Source of the DNA: Octopus sinensis
Taxonomy: Eukaryota
NCBI RefSeq assembly: GCF_006345805.1
Contig: NC_043010.1
Location: 32,364,001 to 32,428,000 of the forward strand
Reading direction: 5' to 3'
DNA: 64,000 bases
A program made the translations under genes and the position numbers. Below the pieces are notes generated by a model, which worked only from the letters and a program-made list of their open reading frames with translations, did no database searches and was not told the origin of the DNA. Shown here in pieces: positions 27,401 to 40,863 of this stretch; position 1 is the first letter of the stretch, and each line of letters starts with the position of its first letter.

Positions 27401-27879
27401 CAGAAAAACCACAAACCAACACACAGACGTACACACACATACACACATATATATATAGTGCATTAAAAGTCAGTTTGAATCTTACTTGCTAGCTTGCAAT
27501 GTTACCAAGCTAAACTGGCGCATAATGGGAAAATGCTATGAATTAAGTTTACACTGAAATGTTAATACGAATGGAATGAAACAAGTTTTGCATAAATCAG
27601 TAAGAGACTTGCACTTCTTTATGCAGCTGTTCTCATCCATATGTATCACATGACCAAACAACTGCAGTTTTGCACACTATATCTAATGCCTCTTTTGCTC
27701 AATTATCTTCTCAATAAATTAACACTTTGCTGCACATGCACATGGATATTGCACATCTATTGAAGCATACTAGCATTTTGCCTTCTGCATTTACAGCCCA
27801 TGTCTTACTACTATGTAACATTATTGTTTATACACAAACATCATACAATCTACCTTTCATGAGAGAAAGAGAGAGAGAC

Positions 27880-28540
27880 TATTTGTTGCCAACAGGGATG
27901 ATAGCTCTTTGAACCTCCCCTATCCTATTCTTATTCTAGCAACTATACCTTCAGAACATCCTCCTCTACTTCTAATCAGGTTATCTAGGTAGTAGAATCT
28001 ATCTTCTATTTCTACAGAGGCTTCTGGGCATTTAAAAAAAATCTATTTCCCATGTATCCTTAGAGTTTATTGTTCATATGCATCTACTACATAAAAACAC
28101 TACTTTTTCCATTAACATTCAAGTGATCCCATTGCACCTCTTATATTTCCATAGCTTGCATTTGGTATACCATACGGAATTCTTGTATACACCTTTCCTA
28201 CATTCTGAGCTGGGCCATTTATCTAAAGGGAGTACAGTCCTGTCTCTTTCTTTGCTTACTTGGACTTTAGTACTTTGCTAAGTTAACTTTAAGTTCCTTT
28301 GATTCCAGGTTCTGCTCCATACCTGGAATTTCTTTCCTAATCTTATGACAGTTTTCTATGAGGAGGAGATCATCAGAATGTAGCAATTCTCAGGAGCAGC
28401 TGGTCTTAAATTCCTCTGTTGTAGTTTGGAGTACATTGAAAAAGAGGAGATTGACAACCAAGCCCCAGTGAACTCTGACTTGTACTCTAAATTCATTGCT
28501 GAATTCCTGGATAACTCTCATCTTACTGGCAGCATCCATT
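27880..28540 (-). mobile_element. Decayed RTE RT fragment
   Basis: Reverse complement aligns by eye with 7900-8230. Confidence 0.6.
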
Positions 28541-29380
28541 CATCAGTGTCTAGCTTCCTCAGAAACCACCATCTACCTCTCTCTCTTACACTTTTCCTCC
28601 CTCTACAACACTGTCTCTCATTCTCTCTCTTTCTGTATATATCTCTCACGCATTCTGCTCTCTCCCTCTCACTCTCTTGATATAACATGATGCATGTCAG
28701 TCAGGAGACTGTCTCTGACTGTTTGTCCCTCTCTCTGTTTTTTACATTTTTCTCATTGTGAACTTCCTCCTGTCTATATATTTACCACACTCTCACAATC
28801 TTTTTCTGTATATCTCTCATGCTCTGTGTGTGGGTATGTGTGAGGAATTTCATTAAAGCAACATGTGTTGAAAGAACCTCCCAAAGCATCAGCAGTGAGT
28901 TGATGAGACACATGAACAGAGAAGAAATGGACTTGATGTTATGCAAACATGAGCCTCTGTCACACAATCTCAGGAGACATCTGAGTATAGGATGCAGTGA
29001 TTAGATGATAAGCACACAAGAGCCTCTGTCACATAGGCTCAGGAGATGATGTCCCATTTCATTCAAGTTCAATTTCCAGTGCATCTTAGTTTGGCCATTT
29101 GTAATTGCAAGAGAAAGCATTTTTGGTTGCCAGTTTTAATCTTGAACAGTCCTGCTTCACATTAGATGTTCAAGAGTAGGAAGTAAGAAAAATCATTACA
29201 TCTATGCACCCAATGTAAAAACTTTGTTTGTTGAGATATTATAAATAATGCAGAAACCTGTCCTGATCAAGAGGCTATCCATGGAATAAAAAAAATTAAA
29301 AGAAAAGCCATTCTGCCATGACAGTTATCTAGCAATGATGGGCTACTCAGCTAGTATGTGTATATATATATATATATATA

Positions 29381-29504
29381 TATCTGTAAATTAATATGTT
29401 ACCATTATTCAATAGCCAAGATAAAACTCTGATGGATTTCCACATCCGAAACTCAGAGTTTTATCTTGACTATTGAATAATGGTAACATATTAATTTACA
29501 GATA
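29381..29504. repeat. 52-bp-arm hairpin with an HHR-like remnant in the loop
   Basis: 29381-29432 pairs with 29453-29504 with one G-T pair. Loop reads TGGATTTCCACATCCGAAAC. Confidence 0.85.
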
Positions 29505-29918
29505 AATTTCCTCTACTTACATAATATTGAGGTCTCTTTCTTTCTTTTGTTATCTTACCGTTTTTACCAATATATATATATATATATATAAAGTAGAATA
29601 ACTCTCGATTGGCTGAGAGATAAAGATAATGTAATAAAAGCCACTAGTCTGGTATTTCACAAGACTTGTATATTTTATTATTATAACTCTGTGTGTGTGT
29701 GTTTGTGTGTGTGTAATTATAAGATCCAAAGATCTAGATGTAGGAAGTTAGTAAGCTTTGAGCAGTCCGTAGTTGGTATAAAAGACAATTTTCAGGAACA
29801 ATAATAGTTTGTTGATGCAGAAGGTAGTAGGCTTTTTCCATATCAAAGTTTGCTAAACTGTAAAAAGTTTTTTATAGCTCATGGTTAGCAACTAGGGTTG
29901 CTATGAATAGAAATAAAA

Positions 29919-30260
29919 ATCCAAACTGAGGGAGTGGAGTATATAAAATCCAGGCTACATATGTTTCCTAGCTAGTAGATTCTCAGAAGTAATAATTACT
30001 CAGTGAGGGGTACTCCACTAACTACTCATTGGGCCAAAGATACCTTAGTTATCTAAAGGTTACATTATTTCGAGTTATATCCCGAGCAAGTTACCTTAGG
30101 ATTTCTAACGACAATGTAACCTTTATATAACTAAAGTATCTTCAGCCTGATGAGTAGCTAGTGGAGTACTCCTCATTGAGTAACAGTTATATCAAAAGAT
30201 CTGTTAGCTAGAAAACATATGTAGCCTGGATTTTACCTGCTACACTCCCTCAATTTGGAT
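29919..30260. repeat. Diverged inverted repeat, ~148-bp arms
   Basis: 29919-30066 pairs with 30113-30260. CTGATGA at 30147, then CAAAAGATCT downstream. Confidence 0.8.
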
Positions 30261-30277
30261 ATATATATATATATTAT

Positions 30278-30322
<45 letters not shown>

Positions 30323-30363
30323 ATATATATAGTTGTGTGTGTGTGTATATATGTGTATATATA

Positions 30364-30409
<46 letters not shown>

Positions 30410-30728
30410 ATGTATGTGTGTATATCTATATCTGTGTGCCTATTTCTGTCTGTCTGTCATCTGTCTGTCTGTATGTATGTATGTATGTATATATTTATAC
30501 ATGTGTACATATGCATGACTGTATGAGTTGTTTTATATATCCATGATATCAGCCCTGAAAATGCTTGCTACATACTGAGAAGGCCTCTAGATGAATATAT
30601 TTTATTACATTTTTCTTATAAATATTCTCTTTTTTCTCTTTTAACTCTACAACTACAAATGGATAATATTCCATACCATTATTTTTCTGTTACCTTAATA
30701 GTTCTTTGATACTAAAACTAAAAACATC

Positions 30729-30789
<61 letters not shown>

Positions 30790-31881
30790 GTGGTGGTGGT
30801 GGTGGTGGTGACAATGATGATGATGATGATGATCTGAATAATCAAAGAAAGAATCAATCAATTATATTTAACCTAGTATTTTACTGGTGTTTATGTTACT
30901 GATCCTGCAAAGATGATAGCTAAAGTTAATTTATGCAGAATTTGAACTCAGAATAGAAGTAAGGGACATACAAAACAAAAGGTGATGATTTTGATATATA
31001 TTTCTAATTTAGGTACAAGTCCAGCAGTTATGAAGTGGCAAAGTTAGTCAGTATTTGACCAGTACAGTATATCTTTGACTCCGGTAGAATGAAAGGCAAA
31101 TTTGACCTTGGCAGGATTTGAACTTGTGGCATAGCTAAAGGGTGAGCCACCTAGAGCAGCACTTGAGCTTGGACCCTCTTCTTGAGCTTGTACCAGCACC
31201 CAAACCTGTACAGGCTTTTACAGCCAACCTAAAAGTACAGCCTCCATAAAAATGCTTCACAGGGCTGCCCACCCTTCACCTCCACCCTAGCTGTGCTACT
31301 TGTATGAAGTATAGAGCCAATGGCTTTTTATTTGACACTCTAATAATTATGTCAACCTTCCCCATTATGGTTTCAATAATTATTTCAAATTTAGTCAAAA
31401 AGACCAAGGATTTTTGAGAAATGAAGGTTAGTCAATAACATTAATCCAAGTACATGACTTAATTTACTAACCCTAAAAAAAGATGAAAAGGTAAAGCTAT
31501 CCTAGTCTTTCGTTTTTCCAGGGTCAGTCAACTGAAGTTCTGAGTCAGTAAACTAAAGTACCTCAAGTACTGTGTAAGCAAAATAAAGTACCAGTGAAGT
31601 ATTGAGTCAGTAAAATAAAGTACCAGTTAACAAAATACTAGTCAAGTACTCATATCGACGGTATCAGCTAACACTCTGCTCTTGAAATTGCTGGCTTTCT
31701 ACCTAAATTAGAAACAAGAGTTGCTGTCACTTGTAAAGGAGCCATTGTTTTATGCATAGAATAATTAATCAGTTACTTTATTGAAATATATTTGTGTATT
31801 CAAGAAAGAGATAAGTAAATGATAGGTTAAACAATACTGAAATAAACAAAGGATTTAATAGAATGAAACACATATTATTAT

Positions 31882-32098
31882 TCATGAAACACCCTCAAAT
31901 ATCCAGTGGTGGTAATTTGCAATTTGAGTTTGAAGAGCATTTTGTGCCAGAATTTGTACTCTTCTTTCTTGTGAATATCTTAGCAGCTCTCCTTGTCTCT
32001 CGGTGTCTGCCTGCCGAAGAGATTCTTTTTTTGTATACTTTATACATATAGTGTAGATCTCTGTGCTTTTGCCTGTCACTGCATTGCTATAAATCTTT
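31882..32098 (-). CDS. Possible terminal or internal exon (KIYSNAVTGKSTEIYTICIKYTKKESLRQADTERQGELLRYSQERRVQILAQNALQTQIANYHHWIFEGVS*)
   Basis: Acceptor ataatttcag|A followed by an open frame of ~71 codons to TGA in unique sequence. Confidence 0.4.
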
Positions 32099-32335
32099 CT
32101 GAAATTATACAGTCTTCATACACAATAAATTGTTCAATCATAAAATGAATTCCTTGAAAATGGCTCTGAGAAATTAATCAGTTCCTTTATCTTTCAGAAA
32201 TGATGAAAAGTAAAGGACTGAGACAGACAGACAGGCAGTCAGACTGACAGACAGACACTGGCAGACATATATATATACAGATAGTGAGTCTCCTTGGGTT
32301 GTGTGTTGAGAAGACAGAAATAGACGAATGGATAA

Positions 32336-32387
<52 letters not shown>

Positions 32388-32841
32388 GCAGGCAGGCAGG
32401 CAGACAGACAGGCAGGCAGACAGGTAGGCAGGCAGGTAGGTAGATAAGTAGGTAGGTAAGTAGGTAGGTAGGTAGGTTGGTAGGGAGGGAGAGATCTTAT
32501 TTAAAATAATGCATATTACAAAAATTAACTACAAAAATGACAAATTTATATTCATGAGTTCTCTGAGCAAGGAGAATTTATGAATGGAGATATGTATTTG
32601 TTTACTTTTTATGGTAAGTTGCTTTTTTTTTAAATAAGGAATTTCTTATTTTCAACAATGGCAGCTTAATAAGTTAGCTAAATGTTTCTAATGATGGCAC
32701 TGAGAAAAGAAAACAGTTTGGTGAGAGGAAGACAGATAATACAGTCATTATATTAATGTACATGTCTCTGAGTGCATGTATCTATGGATATAGATACATG
32801 CACAGAAAGAGAGAGAAACAGTATTGTCTTTGTATACTATA

Positions 32842-35800
32842 TCTATATATGTAAAATAAGGGATGTGTGTGTCTGTGTGTGTGTAATACGTATGCATTTC
32901 TACAGTTTTCAACTGATTTTCACCAAACATTACACACACATTACTCATGTGCCACGGATGGTCATCCCAGAGCAAGAAACATAAAGCAAGAAACAGGGGG
33001 AAAGGTATTTCCCATGGGTTTTTATCAAATAACTGCAATTTTCAACCAATTCTCTCCCTTCGACTTCTGCACTTTCCATCCGTCTCTCTCCCTTTTCTCT
33101 CCCGCTCTGTTTATTTATCTCTTCTCTTTCCTTTTTTCAACCTCAGCAACTGTTACTGTTCCTCTCTTTAATTGTGTCTGTTTCTTTCACTCACTCTCAC
33201 TCCCCTCCATATCCCCCCTCTCTCTCTAACTGACACACAATAATTTCTATCTACTAATTGACTTCCATGTATTTCAAATAATCATGCATTAAAATCTCTG
33301 TTGTTACAGTTTTGTGCATTCTTACTGAAAAATAAATTAGCTATTTCTCGTTTTTGTTTATCTAGTGTGTTTAAATTCAGTTTTGCCACATCTGCCTTAA
33401 AATTGACTTCAGTTTATATTCAGTTTCTAAAAACTGCCTGAAAATTGACTTCGCTGTATTTCAATTTTGTCGGACATCAATATCTTCGTCTTCACTCTCA
33501 ATTTTTGACCGATTCTCTGCCTTTGATTTTTGCAGTTTCCATCTGATTCTCTCCTTCTTCTCTCACTCTTTACTTATCTCTTCACTTTCCTTTACTCCAT
33601 TCTCACCATCTGTCACTGATCCTCTCTTTAATTCTGTGTCTGTTTCTTTCACTCACTCTTCCTCTCTCTCACTCTCTCTCTCTCTCCTTTAACTGACACA
33701 CAATAACTTCTGTCTACAAATTGACATCTGTGTATTTCAGATAGTCTTGTGTTAAAATCTCTGTTGTTATGATTTTTGTACATTCTGACTGAAAAATGAC
33801 TTAGTTCTCATTCTTATTTCTCCAGTATGTCTAAATTCAGTTTTTGCACATCTGCCTGAACATTGACTTCAGTTTAAATTCTGTTTCAACACAAGTGCCT
33901 GAAAATTGACTTCAGTGTATTTATGCTATCTGTACGTTCCCCACCACAACATTACTTTCTCTATTTTAATTTTTTTGCCGCATCTGCATTTTGTAATTGA
34001 AGCTTCTAAACTCTGAGACTGTGCCACCTAAGAAAAGAGCCAGTATTGGTCACAAAACTGCTGCAGCAGAGACATTGAGGAAAAGGAGAGCAAATGAATC
34101 CTGACACGAGGCTGCATGAAGACATTCACAAAATGCTGTTTGCACAGCCAATGCCAGAGCCATGGAAAGCAAGGAGCAGCATAGCAGTTGCCAGATCAGA
34201 AATACTACATCAACAGCTTCCTGAGTCAGTCACAGTACATTGTTCTTCATAAGAGGGATGTTACATCAACTGCAGCAGCGCAGGCTGCAGAGAACAAAGA
34301 ACAGCATGACATTTGCCATGCCAAGAATTGCTACAGCCACTGCTGCTGCACAAGCTGCAGAGAATATAGAACAGTGTGCCATTTGCCATGCCAGGTATGC
34401 TACAGCAACAGCTGCTGCACAAACTAAAGTGTGCCATTTGCCAGAACAGAGAGTCTACAGCAACTGCTGCACGAGCAACAGAGACTGTAGAACATCGATT
34501 TAAAAGGCTTGGGAATAATGTTCAGAGAAGAGGTAATATCCAGGGTATTTCCAAACCCTGCAGTTTATGGGAGTTCCTACAAGCATTCCACTATGACCCC
34601 AATATCCACTACACCATCTATCCAGATATTTAGATCAGTGGTATGTCATTTACTTGCCCATTCTGCAACACCAAGAGATGACCAGGAGAAACTTCTGGAA
34701 TGTGCTTCCCCAATGGGAAGGTCCAATTGCCACCCCACCTTGAAGATCCGTTGAAGCTTCTACTAACATGTACAAAAGTGGAGTCGAGGCACTCTCTGGA
34801 TAGCATTCAAAAATACAATTGTGCATTTCAGATTACCTCTTTCGGGGCAAATATTGTCAGTGAGAGTGGATTTATACCCACTTTTAAAGTGCAGGGACAA
34901 GTGTATCATAGGATTGGATCACTCCAGCCTCAGGAGAATGAAAAGTCTCGATTTCTTCAGCTGTTCTTTGTTGGGGACTACTATGAGCAAGCAGACAGGT
35001 AAAACTCCATTTCACCTGGTATTGACATGGAGCTCATTCTGCAACTTCAGGATATGATGCATTCTAGAAACAGCTATGTTCAAAGGTTCAAGTATGCTTT
35101 GGAAACAGAAACTATGCCAAATTTCACCATTGTACTAAATGCTGACCAAAGGTCATCTGGGGAACATGCAGGCTGCTATAATGCACTAACATGCAATAAG
35201 ATTGCCGTTGTCCTCTATGGTGACCAGTACAAGAGCAGAGACATTGTTCTCAAGCATCGAGACCACACACTACAAAGGATCAGTTAAACTCATAGATCCT
35301 ACGATGCACTTCAATATCCCATTCTCTTTGTAGATGCTGAGATTGGTTACCATTTTGACATTCCAAAGTGTAGCACCAACAATGCTGGATAGAAAATCAG
35401 CAAAACAGTTTCATGTACAGACTTCTACATATACTGCTTTATGACACACAAGAACTGCTTCAACTACCTACACTGTTCACAAGAACTCTACCACCAATTT
35501 GCAGTTGATATGAGTGCAAAAGTGGAGTCTGAGAGATTGGGGATCATCAGGTTAAATCAGAAAAAGCTGCATTGTGACAGCTACATCCACCTTCAAGATG
35601 GTATCAACAATGATGCAGTTCCTGGTAGCACTGGACAAGATTGCATCCATCCATCTAATTTTACAGGAGGTCCCTGCTATTTGCATGAGAGGACCCAGGA
35701 TGCAATGACATATGAGAGGCCTGATCTATTTATCACCTTCACATGCAATCCTAAGTGGCAGGGGATCAGTAGTGAACTCTTCGTGGATCAAAAACTTAAA

Positions 35801-36395
35801 CACAGGCATGACCTCATAGCCAGAGTCTTTCAGTTAAAGTTGATTAAACTGATGGACCTCATCATAAAGGGTCAGGTATTTGGACATATGACATGTATAC
35901 TGTGGAATGGCAAAGAAGAGGCCTACCTCATTCTCATATCCGGATTTGGTTGTTGACCAAGATCAACTCCAATGACATTAATAATTATTAATGTCATTAA
36001 TATTAACTATGCTGAGTACTAGATCCATCCACTGACAGGGAACTGTATGCCATAGTGAAGATAAACATGGTGCATGACCCATGTGGACATGGCTTCAACT
36101 TACACTCACCCTGTCTCAAGGGCAATGTGTGCACCAAAAACTTACCCCAACATATTTTTGGGGAAACCCAGACTGGTCTTCATGGGTATCCATCATACAG
36201 GCAAAGAAAACTTGAAGATGGAAGATTTACTGCTGGGGGTTGGACAGCACAAAGTTGATAACAGATGGATAGCCCCCTGCTGTCCACTCCTACTCACGAC
36301 ATTCAACACCCACATCAATGTTGAATTTTGCAGCTCTGTTAAATCCATCAAATACATATGTAAGTATGTGAGCAAGAGTTCTATATCACATACAT
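32842..36395 (+). mobile_element. Helitron 5' part: TC start, duplicated leader, repeat-rich N-terminus and decayed Rep domain
   Basis: A|TCTATATAT start. Coding remnants from ~34016: MCFPNGKVQLP, QGQVYHRIGSL, YDALQYPIL, DLFITFTCNPKW (Rep motif 1), YTVEWQRRGLPHSHI (HUH motif 2) and KSIKYICKYVSK. Confidence 0.88.
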
Positions 36396-37456
36396 AATGT
36401 GAACTATGGGGCACAAGTGGTGTAGTGGAATCACAATCACACTAACAGCGGATAAGGATTTTGTACATGAGAGATGCACGGTTCTTATCAGTTGATAGTC
36501 TCCATAGAATTAGTTGGTAGCCCCTGCAACTAAGTTGACTTAATCAACATTGGGGAAGAGTGTTCTGTAAGCATAGTAGCCAGAATTAAAAAGAAAAACA
36601 ATGGAAAAAGTTCAAGGAGCAATAGTTACTTGTTTTGACAGTAAGGGAATTTTCACTTTAAAAGAGAGCCTTGATTATGAACTTGCTTGTGTATGAACTG
36701 TGATGTTGCATGGGTGTGAGATAACATGGGCATTGAATATAGATGTGTAAAGTTTGGAAGGAAGTGAAGTATGCATTTGTTGATGTATAATATTAGCGTG
36801 TATGGAATAAGTATAGGTAAGCTGAAAGAAAAACTTGGTATAACCAGAATCCAGTGTAATGGATAAGAGAGATGACTATATTAGTAGAGGTAGGTAATAC
36901 ATATGGATGATGGCTAATGAGTAAAGAAGTGGAAGGGATCAAGAGAAGAGGTAGACTGAAAAAGATGTGAGTAGAAATAGTGAAACCTGATCTTTGAATG
37001 CTGAATATCATAAGAAAAGACACCAGAATGCAACAAGAAGCAGGATACTATGTTGGAGAGGACCTATTAATACAATGTATAAAATACATAATCAATGCAA
37101 GAAATTACTTGGGGATGCCATCTGCATGTAAAGCTAATATCTAAATCAATGTTAACATTAGGTAATGAGTAAAAACACATTAATTAATGCAACAAGGAGA
37201 GAAAATGTTGACTCACTGCTTAAATCTAATCAAGGCATGTAAGGAATATAACTTTGAAATCTCAATTAATTACTTAATTACAGTTATTCTCATCATTGCA
37301 TGCATATTTGTAATTGAGATTAAGATTTCAGAGTTGTCCTATCTGCTTGATTTTATCCGTTTTAAGTAACAAACTAGTGCTTTCTTCACCTCACTGCAGA
37401 AGTCTTAATTTAATCATTTCTTTCTTATCATTACATTTATTATCTTAATACTTCAT

Positions 37457-37488
<32 letters not shown>

Positions 37489-37590
37489 TGTATGTATGTA
37501 TGTATGTATGTATGTATGTATGTATGTATGTATGTATGTATGTATGTATGTATGTATGTGTGTGTGTGTGTGTGTGTGTGTGCATGTATG

Positions 37591-37623
<33 letters not shown>

Positions 37624-38904
37624 GGATATATGTGTGAGTGTGTGCATATGTTTTGTTTGATATTTATTTGGACCATGTTACATTTCCAGGGCTGTTGAAG
37701 GGCATGATCACTCTACAGCTGTGGTTCATATGGAACTACTGGATTCTGATGGTAAGTACATTTTCTAATTCTCATTGTGTTGTCAAGAAATATATAAATG
37801 AGATACCTAGGGAGGCTTGTTGTGACTAGGGAGGCTGTCCGGTGTTAGCATCAGTGGTTTGATATTGTAACACTTCTTTACTTCCAGTTCAGTCTGGATC
37901 AAGCACATTCATAACCAATCAATAATGCATGAGTCAGTGGAGTGTAGTAGCCTGTGGTTATAATGGTTGAGGGCCAGTGGAGGGGTTGTATGGCTTGTCA
38001 GTTGTATGAGTTTGTATGACAGTGATGGAAGTGGGCCAGTAATGAGTGGAGAGACTTGTATATTCCAGGTGTGTGATATTGTATGGACAGATTTATATCT
38101 TTGAATTAAAGATAGTTATAGGCACAGACATGGATGTGAGATTATGAAGATTGCTTTGTAACCCCATGGTTCAGAATCTATTTGACTTCACAGTGCTTTG
38201 GAAAGATGTCTTCAATTATAGCTTTGTGCTAACCCAAGCCTAAAGTGAAATTGATAGACAGAAACTGTAAGGAAGCCTGTTAAATATGTACATACATAAA
38301 TACACACACATGCTTGCATGCATACATACATGCATACATACATACATAAATACATACATACATGATGGCTGCCCCCTCGTTATCGAGTATGGCCATTGCA
38401 CGAAGCTTAACTGTTATTGGTGCAGTGATCGAATGTGACTTTTATTTGCTTTTTTAAGGCTACAGCCAGCCATTCAGCTGAGACTCACAGCACCATCAAC
38501 AATCATGAACAATGTTGTTATCGTGCAATGCCTGTGCAAGATTTTTTTAAAGTGAGGAAAGGCTGTGCACTGAGTCAATCCCACTCACTAAGCAACAGCA
38601 GCCATAATCCGAAAAGAAGAACAAATCAACATCATTGGTAACCATTGAGCCGCAGGTTTTATTTCGGAGTTATCCCAGTTACCTGAGTTACCTTCTCCTA
38701 GAAGGATGCCCTAACAATGGCTAGGAGTCCTTCAGTCCCAATGGTTTAACCACGTGATCGGGTATTCAGTCCGATTATTTCTATGTCCCCGCACATGATA
38801 CAGCCTTAAGCCTTAAGAAAGAAAAAAATTACACATTTATTGGATGGCCGTTGACACTCAAGAGTCATACATACATAGATACATACATACATACATACAT
38901 ACAT

Positions 38905-38937
<33 letters not shown>

Positions 38938-39974
38938 TACATACATACATACCATTTTACTGTTTCCATTAACATGTTTGCTAATTTTCACATGGCTGTG
39001 TGGTTAGGGAGCTTGCTTCCTAGCTATATGGTTTCGGGTTCAGTCCCACTGCGTGGCACTTTGGGTAGGTGTCTTTCACTATAGCCCCGAGCTGACCGGA
39101 GCTTTGTGATTGAATTCGGTAGGTGGAAGTTACTGCCGTGTGTGTATATGTGCGTGTAGGTGCTTGTGCCTCTCCCAAAGAGAGAGAGAGGGAATGCATG
39201 TTAATGTGCCTGTGGTTATTCAAATAATATGAATACATGTGTATGTTGATAGCATATTAAAGTTCTTGAAAAAACACAGCCATCCTTCAAAAATCAACAG
39301 TGCATGAAACTCCAACAGCTTAAGCCCTCCTTTTTGATTCTAAACCTTATTTTATCCTCCCTTTATATTTCTCTGTGCTTCCCATTATATTAATTTGTTT
39401 GTTTTGTTTTTTTATCTCTAACTATATGCTTTATTGCTTATATATTTACTGCTTATCTGTTTATTCCTTTAAATTAATGCTGGGTTGGTCATTCCATCAA
39501 TTTTTAAAAAAATTGTTCTAGAAGCCAATCTCTTTGATACATCTATTTTATTGTTTACTTTTATATTTTTCTGATTCTTTGAATGTTGATATTTTTATTT
39601 TTCAAACTTTATTGTATGTATCTACTGCTTCTTCTTCTGAGTTTGTATTGATCTGTGGCCTCTACTTCCTTAAAGCAAATCATAAATAGTAACATGATGA
39701 GTAAATTTATCGCTTGTGGAATATATATTAGGTCAGCTTGCTTTCTGTAGTAGAGTCAATGTTTTGAACTACCATGAATTGTTCTAAAGATTTATCTGGT
39801 TGTTAAATTTTCAGCACACTTGTATATGTGGCTGTACACACACACATATGTATGTATATGGCTGTACACACACATATATATTTATATGGCTGTACACACA
39901 CATATATATTTATATGTCCAACCCATGCTAGCATGGAAAGCGGACGTTAAACGATGATGATGTATATTTTATAT

Positions 39975-40027
<53 letters not shown>

Positions 40028-40863
40028 CGTGTGTGTGTGTACATGTGTTTGAATGTTCTGTTATCTAGCTAGCAATGTTATGAAACAGCTGTAATCAGAA
40101 GGAATAAACATCTATTCATTCTCCTCATTTCTCTTATCTACGTTTATACTATCTCTCTCTCTCTCTCTTTCTCTCTTTTTCTCTCTCTTTTTCTCTCTCT
40201 CTCTCTCTCTTTCTCTCTTTTTCAGTGTGTGTGTATTCAATATATAAAAAATTTATCCAGGATCCAAATGTAAGAAGCTGGTAAGCTTCAAGGAGTGAGT
40301 GGCAGGTGGATGCTGAACCTGGATGTGCATTCATCCATCCGTCGATGCTCTCAGTGTTGGGGGTTGACCTGCTTTCTCTTCTGCAGGTCTTAGGAATAGC
40401 AAAGGACCAAGTTTCGGACTTCTCCCATCTTGCGAGCTCTGGGACAAAGACCGTTCACTCAACAGCAACGGCAGCATACATGCAGCAGATAGACATTTGG
40501 ATACATACAGGCATTCAAAAAAATCCATCTATTCATCCATCCATACATCAATCTATATCTATTCTTATATTTGTCTATCCATCCATATATACACACTTAC
40601 ATGCATGCATACGTACATATACATACACATGCATGCATTTACACACACACACACTTGTTGGAGCATCTGGCCATATGGCTAACTGGCTCAATGCTAATCT
40701 TGAGAAATTAAGTATCACAAAACTATGAAGAAACTTAAAATTCCAGCTATGAGCTATTAAAGGTACTGTCAATATATGTAAAACATTCAAAAAGTTCAAC
40801 GTGTTATAAGCTCTACACATACAATGACATTTATGGCCACATCCATGTGAATGTGCACATACA

